The translations under genes and the position numbers were made by a program. A model generated the notes under the pieces. That model was not told where the DNA came from, made no database searches, and saw only the letters and a list, made by a program, of their open reading frames with translations. Source: Eukaryota sp. TZLM1-RC (lineage: Eukaryota > Protista > Metamonada: BaSk clade). From it: a stretch of DNA of 64,000 nt. Position 1 is the stretch's first letter. The number at the start of each line of letters is the position of its first letter. Below are positions 24,401 through 35,008 of this stretch, piece after piece. The DNA is taken from positions 3,660,616-3,724,615 of the forward strand of contig JAUPSS010000003.1 in the NCBI GenBank assembly GCA_040285825.1, read 5' to 3'.

Positions 24401-26232
24401 GAAATGATCGTCTTGTTATCCCATCTTGCAACAATACTTTCCAATTCTTTAAACTCTGTTTGACTAAATTCATAAACTTCTCTCCATGTAGACTCAAAAG
24501 AAGTGACTGATTGGGCAGCTCGCTTATAAGAAAGTTTTATTTGATTGATAATTTCTGATCGAGTTGCCGTCAAATCTTCATTTGATTGGGAAAGTAAGGT
24601 TGCTAGATCAAAATCAACACTTGATTGATTAATGATTGATTTGAAATGATTAGATGATGCAATTAAAGGGACCGAATTCAAAATACTGTCCGTATCAGCG
24701 AAGATACTGCTCCATACATTTGAAAACTCCTCAAAATTAGGAGAGAAAGTTAAATGTCTGGTATTTGGTTTAAAATTTACCGATGTAAGTAAAAGGCCTT
24801 CGTGTCTGGAGTCCGTGTGATGATTCAGAGTTTGGAAAATCGAAAGTACATGATTGCAATCATCATGTAAACGTGACCATAGTGACGTCATCAACATTAA
24901 ATCAATCATTTTGATGAACCTATCAAATCTAGTTGCTTCCTGTCGAGCTTCCTCCACAGCTCTTTTTCTTTCCCATTTGACTTTCTTTGCCTCTACCATT
25001 GACATACTTCGTTCAGAAAACTCATCTTCACCATCAAAATCAATCAAATTTGATGGCTTCAGTTGAGTTCTTTTATGGATGGACTCCTGGACTTCGGTGA
25101 TAATGTCAATGATGGTGTTGCGGTGATTCTTAATCTTACTAATGGCTGACTCCCTAACAGTGGACTGCTGGTCGGATAACTCATTCAGTGAAACCCACCT
25201 ATTGTCAAAGGAAAGTTCAATCAAATTTGAGTGGTTGATTTCATGCAAGATATTTTTAATTCTAAAAAGAGCATCTTTGAAATAAGGTCTCACAAAATAA
25301 AGGTTTTGATAAACCAACGCTTGGCTATCATTAAACTTTCTCGTTCTAAGCCATAACTTCCATCCAATAAAGAATCGAAAAAGCAAATTATTCTTAAAAA
25401 AACTAAGACACTTTAGAATTCTAAATATACCAGAGTGTTTAATCCAAGTTTTTAAATCGGTATAGTCCAACTCATTTTCCCTACCCCGTAACTTTGACAT
25501 CTCCACAACTCCCTTTGCTGAGAGTGTATAATATTTTGACTTTGAATGAGCCGTGGAACCTGAAACTACTGACAATAGATAAGGATCCCAATCAAGGTCT
25601 GAAGGTGACGTCATGTCAGTCAAAAACACGAATTTGATTGAATCATCAGGGTTATTTACAAAATAGGAAACTGCATCATCTGAAGTCTTGAGAAATCTTT
25701 CTTGGTCACGCGGTTGATTTTCCATATGTAACTTTCTGCCTAGCCTCGAAGATTTTCTAGAAGTGATTGGGGTGTTTTTGATTGAAGGTAGGTCAAAAGA
25801 ATTCAGGGGAAGTGTGGATAGTGATGGCAGAAGTGAGGACTTTGTTTGAGTTTTAGAGGAAAGTCCCAAGGGTGGAAGGGTAAGCTTAGAGACCTGAGAA
25901 GAGAGAGACGAAAGGGAAGATGTGGACACGTCAGGAGAAATTGTGCAGAGCTGGTGTATAACGCATGGAGAGAAGAGTTGTTCAAGAGCAGGGATCAGGG
26001 AAATATGAGCTAGTGAGGGTGATCTACGAAGATGAGTAAGAGCACTGCGAAGAATAGAGATAACACGTAAGGAAGGGGATACTGCAAAGAAAGCACCTGA
26101 TGAATAATTTCCAAGAAAGTCTATTAAGCTATACCAGAAAGACTCTTCAGAAAAGGAAGAGGATGTTGTTGTTTTAAAGAAGGACACTAGATCATGTTCA
26201 AAACGCCTCAGACTAAGGGTTTGATCGCTCAT
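21445..26232 (-). CDS. Dynein heavy-chain-like protein (tail and linker; motor degenerate or absent), 1595 aa
   Basis: Inner-arm-type N-terminus (YYTLSAKGV...FFKNNLLFRFFIGWK), linker motifs LKNHHWSDI, REGCPWLCLFSNEELLE, QWIKQFPHSV, WLKNTRFFW; no GPAGTGKT Walker A. Confidence 0.8.
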   Translation of the reverse strand: MSDQTLSLRRFEHDLVSFFKTTTSSSFSEESFWYSLIDFLGNYSSGAFFAVSPSLRVISILRSALTHLRRSPSLAHISLIPALEQLFSPCVIHQLCTISPDVSTSSLSSLSSQVSKLTLPPLGLSSKTQTKSSLLPSLSTLPLNSFDLPSIKNTPITSRKSSRLGRKLHMENQPRDQERFLKTSDDAVSYFVNNPDDSIKFVFLTDMTSPSDLDWDPYLLSVVSGSTAHSKSKYYTLSAKGVVEMSKLRGRENELDYTDLKTWIKHSGIFRILKCLSFFKNNLLFRFFIGWKLWLRTRKFNDSQALVYQNLYFVRPYFKDALFRIKNILHEINHSNLIELSFDNRWVSLNELSDQQSTVRESAISKIKNHRNTIIDIITEVQESIHKRTQLKPSNLIDFDGEDEFSERSMSMVEAKKVKWERKRAVEEARQEATRFDRFIKMIDLMLMTSLWSRLHDDCNHVLSIFQTLNHHTDSRHEGLLLTSVNFKPNTRHLTFSPNFEEFSNVWSSIFADTDSILNSVPLIASSNHFKSIINQSSVDFDLATLLSQSNEDLTATRSEIINQIKLSYKRAAQSVTSFESTWREVYEFSQTEFKELESIVARWDNKTIISRINLFESWNQLFESTGKKQSSVGVLIIDRRLLREFLTDIPIKSLIIIKEQVRLLFSQLYSELTEEVRTCIKHLSGGSFSPLSEFCSYVGLFNEIKQKTVTIESRLSFIEDLYATGQRYKCGFTVSESSKFSSLKSTINTFDTVLASSQCKIDENLPSIRSQLAEVSGKIESGLLGILGDLYSPILTNPKSDPNMVMEKLAKIQQKLSHYEASIEEIHSFEKLLSRNLSDFHNYGELVKLVKARNDTWRLLDTWNSQEIEWVSSDIRQMDLNKVSGQVDQAKDIIQSVSTVLKKDEVIDLVQSKVIDFEKILQKIIFIKESHLKNHHWSDIFHHYDVLAQSTTSLIVPTISMLLQHKILENDDYLISICQKALSEHDLYCRYESIYNTWRGVEVQIASDEFNISKIDFDCLIKQVDLHLIELSSILNDPLSESFSSDISNFQSFLTNFDLMLQSAQQLQNQLLFCAGFFSRAVARQLARDQSREFDLVTSTWETVIQAKFSQADYIETFFSSSICSSLSSEMAELKSNLKTSFDSLLKRFDRDREGCPWLCLFSNEELLEFSVMSRDQIDLCQVVSQIFPFLFELLFKGNEISGLETTNSEILFFTESISSFSGDLSLFINQIYKSITSSVNESLWSCLEDYNSAQRPQWIKQFPHSVIITCEAVFLTKSVDLALTRHPYDPGSIDSAKNQLMTNVEEMLLMVKSKDLGRELKDTLFALLLMNSNAVNLLEKAESTTMSVTDKKWLKNTRFFWNSELHHVMVKRSLYSFKLGNFVFESSPQIDLFEIDFERLLAEWKVSQVVLFNNICFQDFKFFSNYFGFHCLFLDASIYPLDRLICIIESLSSVPVWLYVSNLGNSQVCDFLEIDPQSFHQNFGLFVESQSGPQTISLDEPNFLNFLTLVFKAKSWVNHSKIAWNVYKILKQCEDRLNNKHFNVILTIQNCISWSKLLPFGFDANLELLATSLLKFLEKYDVDLKLDDVIQCL

Positions 26233-26289
26233 GGTAAACCAATCCCTTATGAAAACTAATGAAACAGAAGAATTCTTCTAAACCATTCC

Positions 26290-26619
26290 CATCTTCACCA
26301 TTTATGTTCTTCCTTCACTGCCAATATATTCAGTGAAGCATTTCGATCTCTATTCTACAAACTTTTGCACTATTTACACTTGGTAAGCTTCTGACGAGTA
26401 GACATCTCTTGCCTCTTCCATGGCCTTGGATTTCTGCACCATCGGAATGTTTCAACTGTTTTCTCCGCTTTCTTACAATTGAAACAACAGCAACTGGTTC
26501 GAAACTCGTTAATTAGAGACCTTATATCCAGTCTTTTTAAATAAAATCCTTAAACCTTTCCCTTTAGTTGGTTCTTTGAATTTCATGTGTTTTCGTTGTT
26601 CCCGTCATCTCAGTTTCCT
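26290..26619 (-). repeat. Second copy of the Fanzor 3' region (matches 6160-6490)
   Basis: Near-identical to 6186-6490, with both ends at an offset of 20129. Confidence 0.9.
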
Positions 26620-26694
26620 ATCAGAGAAATCACTACCTGTTTTGATAAGATACATTAGTCACAAAATACGCATAGCAAAACACTACCTTATTTA

Positions 26695-28365
26695 TTATTC
26701 CAAGACAGACACACCAAATGATCTACAAAAACAATCTTCTAAACCTTTGCTAAAGAAAACAGGATACTTTGGAGTTAACAATACAGGAAAACCCAGGTAA
26801 TTGAGTAAAGATAAACATCCTATTGACTCTGCTTCATACCAAGACAAAATAAACTTGATTGGAAGTTGATTCGGCTCTACTTTCATTACAGAAGACAAAG
26901 TGTAAATGGTTTCTACAATGGAAGCACAGTCTTCAAAGCCACCAAAATCCAAAACCCTGGGGAAAACATTCGAAACAGAGAAATCAGTGGAAAGAAAAGG
27001 AGCACTGGACAATACCCTAAATTTGACTGAGCCAAAGAGAAAAACAACGGTAGTTATGGGTAAAGCTTTAAAAATTTTCATAAAATTCAAATTTTCTGAT
27101 GCTAATGCACCATCAGAACCGCCAATAACCAAAACATTTTCTAATTTACCTTTTTTAAAGAGATCGACAAATTCAGGCATGAAGGTACGAAGTCTAGAAT
27201 TCCAATGATAGACTGAATAGAACGTCATTGGGTCGAAGCGAGCAGGTGCAAGGGGATCAAAGCTTGGAAAGAAAAAGTTACTGAAAATTGAAAGATCCAA
27301 GACACCCCCCTTACTGGAAATTCTTTTTAATCCGGGAATTCCAACAGTATTGGCTAAATAAATACGTTCAGAGTAATTGGTTTCTGTTAAATGCAAAGGC
27401 AACGTGGGTCCATTCAACAAAATAATTAAGCCAGGAAAACTCTCAAAGTCAAGACGTTGATTTTGGTAAATGTTGGAATAATGACCAACTAAATTAGGAA
27501 ACTTCTGGAAAAAGGGATAAGAATGTGCCTTGATTAAATTACCAGAGCTATAAACATTGATTGTTGGGGAAAGTGTTTCTAATATAGAATAAAATTGATA
27601 AAGATTATCACCATAAACCACAACAGCTGGCCCAGTAGATGAGTAATTGACCTCAATAGATCTTGGTCGAGCTAAACCAAAAGAATTGACAAGAGATTCA
27701 TCTAATTCAAGAGATGTTTTGTAATAAACTTCACCCAACTTTTGGTACATCGAGCGAACATCCTCAATGGTGGAGCCATTGTCAAAAGCAATGGCCAAAT
27801 CACTACAAACAGCAATAGAATCTACGGTAAACGAAGAAAACACATTGAGACGAAGGAGAAGTTTGGCATAACCAGGAAGCGCTGACGTGACCATTAGCTC
27901 AAAAAAACCAGCAACCACATCATCACCGAGACTTTCGAAGACTGTTTGAGAATTGAAAAGTTCCCCATTCAGGGATTGTTCATTCCTATTTCTCCCAATG
28001 GTCCATTCAGTAAGGGAATACTTGGGAGGGGCTAGGTCGTGCTCACGAAGCATCTTCCGAAGAGTGGCTCGTTCGGCTTCCATGACAGTAAGGGTAGCAG
28101 CTACGAGATTAGCATCATAATTTTCTGATGTAGAAATCAAAGCAAGTGAGTAAAACAGCGTTCTATAGGTATGATCAGGGACTTCAATGTAATGGTAATG
28201 AAGGGGGTGCATATTGAGGGAGAGGGAAAGACATGATGCTATCACATTACGGTTAAGGCTTTCAAGTGCACTGTCCTTTCCACAGATCCCTCTCGGCTGA
28301 ACACATGCGAGAGAGTCTTCTGCTGAAGGACACTGGAAACAGAGAAAATCTGGTCGCTCAGTCAT
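26695..28365 (-). CDS. hcp: Hybrid cluster protein (prismane) homologue, divergent, 556 aa
   Basis: CFQC-x8-C-x5-ICGK N-terminal motif, INVY, AHSYP, LVGHY, FESFPG, IGGSDG, PRVLDFG, LPI..ILSWYE. Confidence 0.85.
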   Translation of the reverse strand: MTERPDFLCFQCPSAEDSLACVQPRGICGKDSALESLNRNVIASCLSLSLNMHPLHYHYIEVPDHTYRTLFYSLALISTSENYDANLVAATLTVMEAERATLRKMLREHDLAPPKYSLTEWTIGRNRNEQSLNGELFNSQTVFESLGDDVVAGFFELMVTSALPGYAKLLLRLNVFSSFTVDSIAVCSDLAIAFDNGSTIEDVRSMYQKLGEVYYKTSLELDESLVNSFGLARPRSIEVNYSSTGPAVVVYGDNLYQFYSILETLSPTINVYSSGNLIKAHSYPFFQKFPNLVGHYSNIYQNQRLDFESFPGLIILLNGPTLPLHLTETNYSERIYLANTVGIPGLKRISSKGGVLDLSIFSNFFFPSFDPLAPARFDPMTFYSVYHWNSRLRTFMPEFVDLFKKGKLENVLVIGGSDGALASENLNFMKIFKALPITTVVFLFGSVKFRVLSSAPFLSTDFSVSNVFPRVLDFGGFEDCASIVETIYTLSSVMKVEPNQLPIKFILSWYEAESIGCLSLLNYLGFPVLLTPKYPVFFSKGLEDCFCRSFGVSVLE

Positions 28366-28612
28366 TGGCTACGAGAAGAACAAGTCGTTGATATCCTATA
28401 GGAATTGCTATACTGTGAAACTCTTTCCAGAAAACATCATGCAGCTTCGCACTACTCAGAAGATGGGGATTATTAATAATAATGTCTGGAGCACGACATT
28501 GCCTACCATCCTGTAAGACTAAATCACCCAAATAGTCAAAAGCTATAGCCGTGCCGATTATAATTCGATTATCCTTAGTCAAAACGTAAAGCTTTTGATC
28601 TAAGATGAACAT
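28358..28612 (-). CDS. Sm/LSm-domain protein, 84 aa
   Basis: Sm1 motif KLYVLTKDNRIIIGTAIAFDYLGDLVLQD. Confidence 0.65.
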   Translation of the reverse strand: MFILDQKLYVLTKDNRIIIGTAIAFDYLGDLVLQDGRQCRAPDIIINNPHLLSSAKLHDVFWKEFHSIAIPIGYQRLVLLVAND

Positions 28613-28959
28613 GACAAAATGTAAGCTTGTAGACTTGTAGAAACAGAGTATAATTCTATAATTCTTTTTTTTATTCTATGTTAGTTTTGGTTTGGTGGAA
28701 AAAATTTACCAAAATAAGTAGTCCACTTTTTGGAAAACAAAAACCAAACCGTTTTCCTTTTTTTAAACCTCCTTTTTCTGACCAACATTGCTTAGCTTTT
28801 CGAGCCAAATTTCCCTATTTGCAAATAAAATTTTCTCAAAACCTTTAACTTCATTGAACAATACTAAAAAGGCAATTACCACTAAGGGTCCACCAGATCA
28901 TGCTTCTAATTCAACAGCTCTTCGACATTTTCTTGCTCATATCTATTTAAACAAACCAG

Positions 28960-29450
28960 GCCTTCTAAACTTTTACAATACAGGGCGGATCTCAAGTCTG
29001 TGGCGGTTTAACCAGCTGTTGAGAACAATCGTTCAATATCAACATGTATTTTATTCAAGTAGATCACATAGAAGTTTTATTTACAAAATTCCTCTTGAAT
29101 TAATAGCGAAGGAAAAACACATGCAATTTGGCAAAGATATCGAAGAAACTAATGCTGATAGAAATAGACAGTGTGTTTTTGATGATTTCTCAATTCCTAT
29201 AAACGAAAAATCATCAGTAGAAGTAGAAAATTTTGTGGATGATTTCAAAAAACGGGTTGAAAAAAAACAATGGAGAGATTTGTTGTCTTTTTGCGGCGGT
29301 CACGAATTCACTTTGCCATAATTAATGGATTACCAAGGTTTTTCCATAGCATAAGAGAAGCAATGATGAGAAAGCAATCAGATCAGGATTTTGTTGAGGA
29401 AATCTTGTTTCAATGAATTTCGTCTCGGCAATTCTGAGCTTATGATGCTG
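28960..29450 (+). mobile_element. Family B non-LTR 3' fragment (internally deleted)
   Basis: KEKH..FGKDIEETNADRN homologous to 38750-39634; tail CAATGAATTTCGTC. Confidence 0.75.
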
Positions 29451-29468
29451 AAAGGTTAGACATAACTA

Positions 29469-29566
29469 TGACAGTAAAGATAAAGAATATATATTTAAAC
29501 TCACTGGCTCTTACAAAGGCCATCACTAGTGAAGTCTATACTACACTAATTTTCCACAGTACAACA
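29469..29566 (-). repeat. Putative solo LTR related to 2761-2877
   Basis: TG...CA termini and shared core sequence; no clear TSD. Confidence 0.55.
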
Positions 29567-29990
29567 CTTATTGTTTTAAGTGTTGTAGGTCAATAATAGT
29601 TCAAGAAAACATAAAATTTCTGAAACACAACCTTGGGCGACTTAAAAAAGGCATAAACTAAGAACACACTATACATTGCCACAATACATAAACCTTGATG
29701 AACAGATTGTGTCGTAACTGCTGATTTGGATACCTGAAACAATTGAGGTAGATTCCAACAACGAATAGGATGGGGGTGCCAATTGAGATAGTAATGCTGA
29801 CGGTGCTCTCTACATGTACAGACCAATGGTATTGCAAAGGTCTATAAGTGTGTGTGAATAGAATGTTTAGAGTATTAGTATTAAGATTATGAGGATGGAT
29901 AGAAACATCCTTTTTTTTTAATTTGATTTGTTTAAATGAATTTAGTCAAATAAGGAAACTGAACAAAGTAAAATAGAATACATAAACTAG

Positions 29991-30608
29991 TTAAACATCA
30001 ACACCTAATCGTTTGAATGCTTCAACAGCAACCTTTTCACCCTTTCCAGTGGCCAATTTCTTTTCTTTTTTAAGTTGGTGGAAGGTTTCAACATCAAAGG
30101 GACGAACTTTGGATTCATGAATATATCCCTTGTTGGCTCCACCATAACCATAGAAACGAACCAGCAGATCTCCCTCAGCATCGGGTTTTTGAAGGACGAT
30201 ACTGGCATAGTATTTCTTGGGATAAGGAGCAAAAACCATCTCACGATTAGTAAGATCAATATCACTGTCTTCAGTGCGCTCAACTTCTACTTTGGATTTT
30301 TTAGAGGGAGTGCCAGCAGTGGTGCGTGCGCGTCGTGGTTTGGCAGACGGAGTAGTGACTGGCTCCTTAGCTGGAGGCTTGGGTGATTCCCTTGGTGAGA
30401 CGGTATCGGGAGATTTAACGACGACATCAACCTTTTCCGATAGAACAGCACCTTCCTTGGTGACAGATCGTTTAATGACCTTCTTCACCTTACGACGGCG
30501 TTTCTCTTTCTTTTGATCGGATTGTTCAGGAGATTGTACTTCTGGAGGATTGGCGGTTGCTGCTGATTCCTCTGTTACAGGAGATTTAGGTTCCTCTTTG
30601 GAAGACAT
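29991..30608 (-). CDS. PWWP/Tudor-like domain protein with basic disordered N-terminus
   Basis: EMVFAPYPKKYYASIV...LLVRFYG...YIHESKVRPF. Confidence 0.65.
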   Translation of the reverse strand: MSSKEEPKSPVTEESAATANPPEVQSPEQSDQKKEKRRRKVKKVIKRSVTKEGAVLSEKVDVVVKSPDTVSPRESPKPPAKEPVTTPSAKPRRARTTAGTPSKKSKVEVERTEDSDIDLTNREMVFAPYPKKYYASIVLQKPDAEGDLLVRFYGYGGANKGYIHESKVRPFDVETFHQLKKEKKLATGKGEKVAVEAFKRLGVDV

Positions 30609-30749
30609 TAAAGTTCAATTGATGCTGAAGTGTGAAGGACGATAGTTTAAGTTCTTGTTTGATGAATTTAAATCTATTTGAAATTATACTAAAGTAAATG
30701 ATACTATAGCATATAGTCATTTATAGTATTCTATAGTCTATTTGAAATT

Positions 30750-31170
30750 ATAATATATATTGAACATCCACACTTAACAAAATAAACTCATAACTAATGG
30801 GACGAAATTCATTGAACCAAGATATCCTTTACAAAATCTCGTTCTCTTTGCTGTCCAGCTAAAGATTCTCTAATTCGATTGAAAAACCGCGGCAATTTCT
30901 TAATAATGGCAAATTGATTTTGAGAGCGCCTTAAAAAGATATCAAATGTTTTCTTCGTTTTTTCTTGAACCATTTTTTGAAAATCATTCAAAAAGCTTCC
31001 TGCTTCTACTGATAGTTTTCCGTTTATAGAAAATGGGAAAGCAATAAAAACAAGTGGTTTATTTCTATCAGCATTAACTTCTTCGATATCTAGACAAAAT
31101 CAACAACAGCTTCAGAGTTCTCAATCCAATCACAGTATATATCACCTCTATCATCAGAACCAAAATTCAT
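30750..31170 (-). mobile_element. Family B non-LTR 3' fragment
   Basis: NFGSDDRGDIYCDWIENSEAVVDFV, NDFQKMVQEKT, shared 3' tail. Confidence 0.85.
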
Positions 31171-31179
31171 TCTCTTGCG

Positions 31180-34100
31180 AGATGCAAACTCCCTGCACAA
31201 CAGCAAGAATCTTCTTCGTCGAAAACAATTATGAAGCCTCAGAATAGTAATATTGCAATTTCGTTCTCCCATTCGACAACATTGCTCTTCTTCTAATGCA
31301 ATAGACAATCAATCAAATAACTTAATTACTCGAAAAACTAAATCAAGACCAAAATGTTCCATTTGCGGAATTAATGGTCATAATTCAAGGACTTGTAAAG
31401 AAAATAAAATTAATGCTTTAAAATTCCAATCAGCTAAAAACGTGCTTAACAGTTGTTTTCTTGATTCCAACAATGCAAAACTTAAAGCTAGTAATCACAA
31501 TGCAAAAAATTTTGAAGTATCATTGTCCGAATATTTGCAATTGTCTGATGATCGTGAAAATTCTGCTTCAAGCCACAATGATTCAAATTTTAATGTGAAT
31601 ACATGTCCTTTTTCCCAGAAATCCATTAATGAAGTCAATCACGGTAGACCATTGCTTTTTTGTCGATCCTGTAAAGCACAAGATACTCGAAGAGCTCCAG
31701 TCAAGATTCCTGTTGAAATCAGTCCTGCTTCTTCAATCCCATTGTATGTTCAACTTCGTTCATTTACAAGTAAGTTGAAGAAAAATGAATGGGACATAAG
31801 TAGTTTTTGGAAATTTTTTGCAAAAAAAATCTTATGTCAACAAAAATGCTGTCTAAAAACAAAATCCGATGCAAAAAGTCAAACAATTAAAAAAACTATG
31901 TCTTCGAGGAAGGTACGGTGCTGGAGTTGAGTCAATATTTTCCTCTGATATTGCTAAACCAACTCTTGAAACAGTTGATAAATTAAAGAAGCTTCATCCT
32001 GAAGAAAATTTTGTTTGTCCAAAACCCAATATTTGTGAGTTTTGGACTAATAATCCAATTAATGCTTCTGAAGTTCTTGCTTTAATTAAGAAGTTACCAA
32101 ATGGTAAGGCTGCTGGACCATCAGGAATTTCGTTTGATATTTTAAAAACCGCCTGCAATAAGACACCTGAAATTGCAGATGAGTTAGCTTTTTATTTTCA
32201 ACAATTGGTTTCATTGAAAGTTGTTCCTCCTCCTGAGCTTACTGCTGCACGTCTTATTGCTTTAGTAAAAGCTGGTAGTGATACTAAGCCTTCAGGAATT
32301 CGTCCAATTGCAGTAGGTGAATCTCTATCTCGTTTGTTTGCCTCAATTATTTTCAACAGAATTGTTAAAAAGGCTGGTAAATTTTTGTCGCCAATGCAAT
32401 TTGGTATTCAAACAATTAATGGAGCGTCAGTCGCTGCTCTGACATCAGACTTGTTTTTTAACCTTAAAGAAAACAATTCTATTTTCAAGTTAGATTTTAG
32501 CAACGCTTTTAATAGTGTAAGAAGAAAAGCAATTTATGAAGTAATTCAAAAACATTTCCCTGAACTATCAAGTTATTTCTATTTGTTTTACGGTAAACCC
32601 AGTGATTTAGTATATGATGTTTTTTTCCTCAAGTCTTCATCAGGAGTAAAACAAGGGGATCCTTTAGGCCCATTATTATTTTGCATAGCAATCCAAGAAT
32701 CATTGATTGTTATCAATGAAAAATACCCTTTTCTAAAAATCGTAGTTTACATGGATGACATCTCCCTTATCGATCCTTTTAGTGTTGTCCAAAAAGCTTC
32801 AAATGAAATTGCTGAACAATATGAAATCATTGGTCTTCACTTGAATCCTAAAAAATGTTTATCAATTGGTAATGATTTCAAAGAGTATAAAATTAATAAT
32901 TGTAAAATTCCTTTTACCAATTATTCACATGAAGCTTTTCGTTTTCTAGGATATTGGTTAAGAAATGTTGATGAAATTACTAAAAATCTTAACGAAGTTG
33001 TTGCAAAACTTTGTAATGAGCTTCCATTAATTTCTGAATTAGAAATTGAAATACATATTAAATTTTTTATTTTAAAAATTTGTTACTCCGGAAAATTACT
33101 CACTGATTGAGGTCGACAGTACCTTCATTGTCTATCGATTTTTGCCGATCATTTAATCAACTTCGTGCAACCTTCTTTGCTTCCTCACAAGAAGTGAATC
33201 CTGAGCTAATTCGAGCTCAATTGTTCTCTTCTTCACAATTCGGTGGTGTTGGCTTTACCAAATCCTCAATTCTTTGTCAAGCAGCTTTTGTTGGTGGTGG
33301 CAAAAATTTTATCTTTGAATTTGTTAATCGTTTCCCTGAAGATATTCATTTGCTTAGTCCATCATTTTCAAAATATTTGTTTGACCTTGATGTTGCCATT
33401 AATAAAATTGCACCACAGATTTGGTGTCAATGTTTTCCCGACTCAGTTCAAGAGATTCCTCCACGAAATTTAGTTAATTTAAGGTATTGTGTGAAGAAGC
33501 TTCAACAAAAACTGACAGTAACATTTGAAGGCTTGGATTATGAAGTACGTCTTGGCATGGCCAAGCACAAAAATCCCGCTTTTGCAAATTTTTTACTGAA
33601 TGTTCGCGATAGTTCTGCTTCTTGTTTAATTAATCAAGTACCAAGAATTTATGGTTTGTTTCTCAATCACCCTTGCCTTTTATTATCTATGCGTCTTCGA
33701 TCCTTTATTTGGCCTGATAATCTTCCTCATGGATTAATTTGTAAATGTGGAAAGTCTGTCACTCCAGCCCATTTATTTAATTGTAATCGATTTATTACTT
33801 TTAGATCAAAAGTGCATCATGCAGTTCGTGATCAGCTTTATTGTATGTTTAAATCCTACAAGTTTGAATCTTTTTTAGAACCTTTGCTTTCAAATTTGGC
33901 TGATGAATCTGACAGAAATTTTTTTTGGTCACAGCCGTGGTGATGTGCTAGTTCCCAGACTTGATGGATCAATGATCATTATTGATGTCAGATCTACTGA
34001 TGTATCAAACAGCTCAAATGAAAAACTGGCACAATCTTATAACTCACCTTTACGAAGAGCCGAAGAAGCGAAATTTATTAAGTATACAGAAAAAATCAAT

Positions 34101-34430
34101 AATCTGAATTCCAACTCACATACTCAATACATTCTTTGTCCTTTTGCTTTTTCTTTATTGGGAAGCTTGGGTAAAACTGCGCTATCTTTCTGGACGATTT
34201 CTCATCTATTGTCAAAAATAAAACTGGAGGAATATTTGACCGAACCTTTTGGCAAGACAGAATTGTATTTTCTATTTTTAAGGGAGTGTATAGTCTTGTT
34301 TCTAGCTCGTTGTTATCATTAGGAAAATTTTATGAAGAAAAAGCTTTAGGTAAGTTTTCTATAGTAGATGTGTTGTATGAGGAGATTGATTTTTAATTTT
34401 TTTTATAATTTTGTTTGAATAAAATTTGTA
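31180..34430 (+). mobile_element. Near full-length CRE-like RLE non-LTR retrotransposon (family A), frameshifted
   Basis: Zinc knuckle CSICGINGHNSRTC; RT GIRPIAVGE, LDFSNAFNSV, GVKQGDPLGP, YMDD; CKC...H...C...H finger; RLE RGDV...IDV...EEAK; AATAAA near 34418. Confidence 0.9.
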
Positions 34431-34444
34431 TCGAAAAAAAACAA

Positions 34445-34560
34445 TCTAGAAATCAATATCTTCAAAACAAGCTTCCACACTATCAAACCGTACAACGGCA
34501 ATGTCTTGGTGATCAACATAACGAACAGGCTTCATCTCTTTGAAAGGATTTGCATAGTTC
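34445..34560 (-). mobile_element. Extreme 3' end of another family A-like element, tail-to-tail with the previous one
   Basis: Minus strand reads RFDSVEACFEDIDF*, paralleling DVLYEEIDF* at about 34367-34396. Confidence 0.5.
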
Positions 34561-34579
34561 ATCCGCTTGATTGTTTAAG

Positions 34580-35008
34580 TTACTTCAAAATTTTCGCTTT
34601 CACTACTCGTGATAATCTAATGAGGTCAGGTTGTTGAATCGGACTCATTCCAACTTCTTTCAGGCTTGTGTCAGTGGGTTTGATAACATTGGTTTGAGAC
34701 TGTTGTCTCTTGAACACCTCTGATCTCTCTCTTCCATCCAGAATGTCTTCAGCCAACAACAGAATATTTAATGCAGAATTAGTATCTCGATTCCAGAAGG
34801 TTTTGCATTGATTACACTGCCTCAAACCCCATGGAACTACTTGACGAACTTTATAGTTGCCCAATTCATCCTTTTCCAAGAGCTTTGAAATTCGTTTTCT
34901 TATCCTCTTGTTGGTTGTACTTTCTAATGCTTCTACTAATTCCGCAATTGCTAGACGTCTTTGTTCATTCTTACTTATATCTATGACTAGGTCTTGTCTT
35001 GATTTCAT
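34580..35008 (-). pseudogene. Fanzor/TnpB-like C-terminal fragment (third family)
   Basis: VPWGLRQCNQCKTFWNRDTNSALNILLLA...RERSEVFKR (Zn finger half plus RuvC-III). Confidence 0.75.

Noticed and set aside
4925-30608. SET writer and PWWP reader as a functional cluster
   Set aside because: They are 24 kb apart with unrelated genes between; no evidence of linkage.
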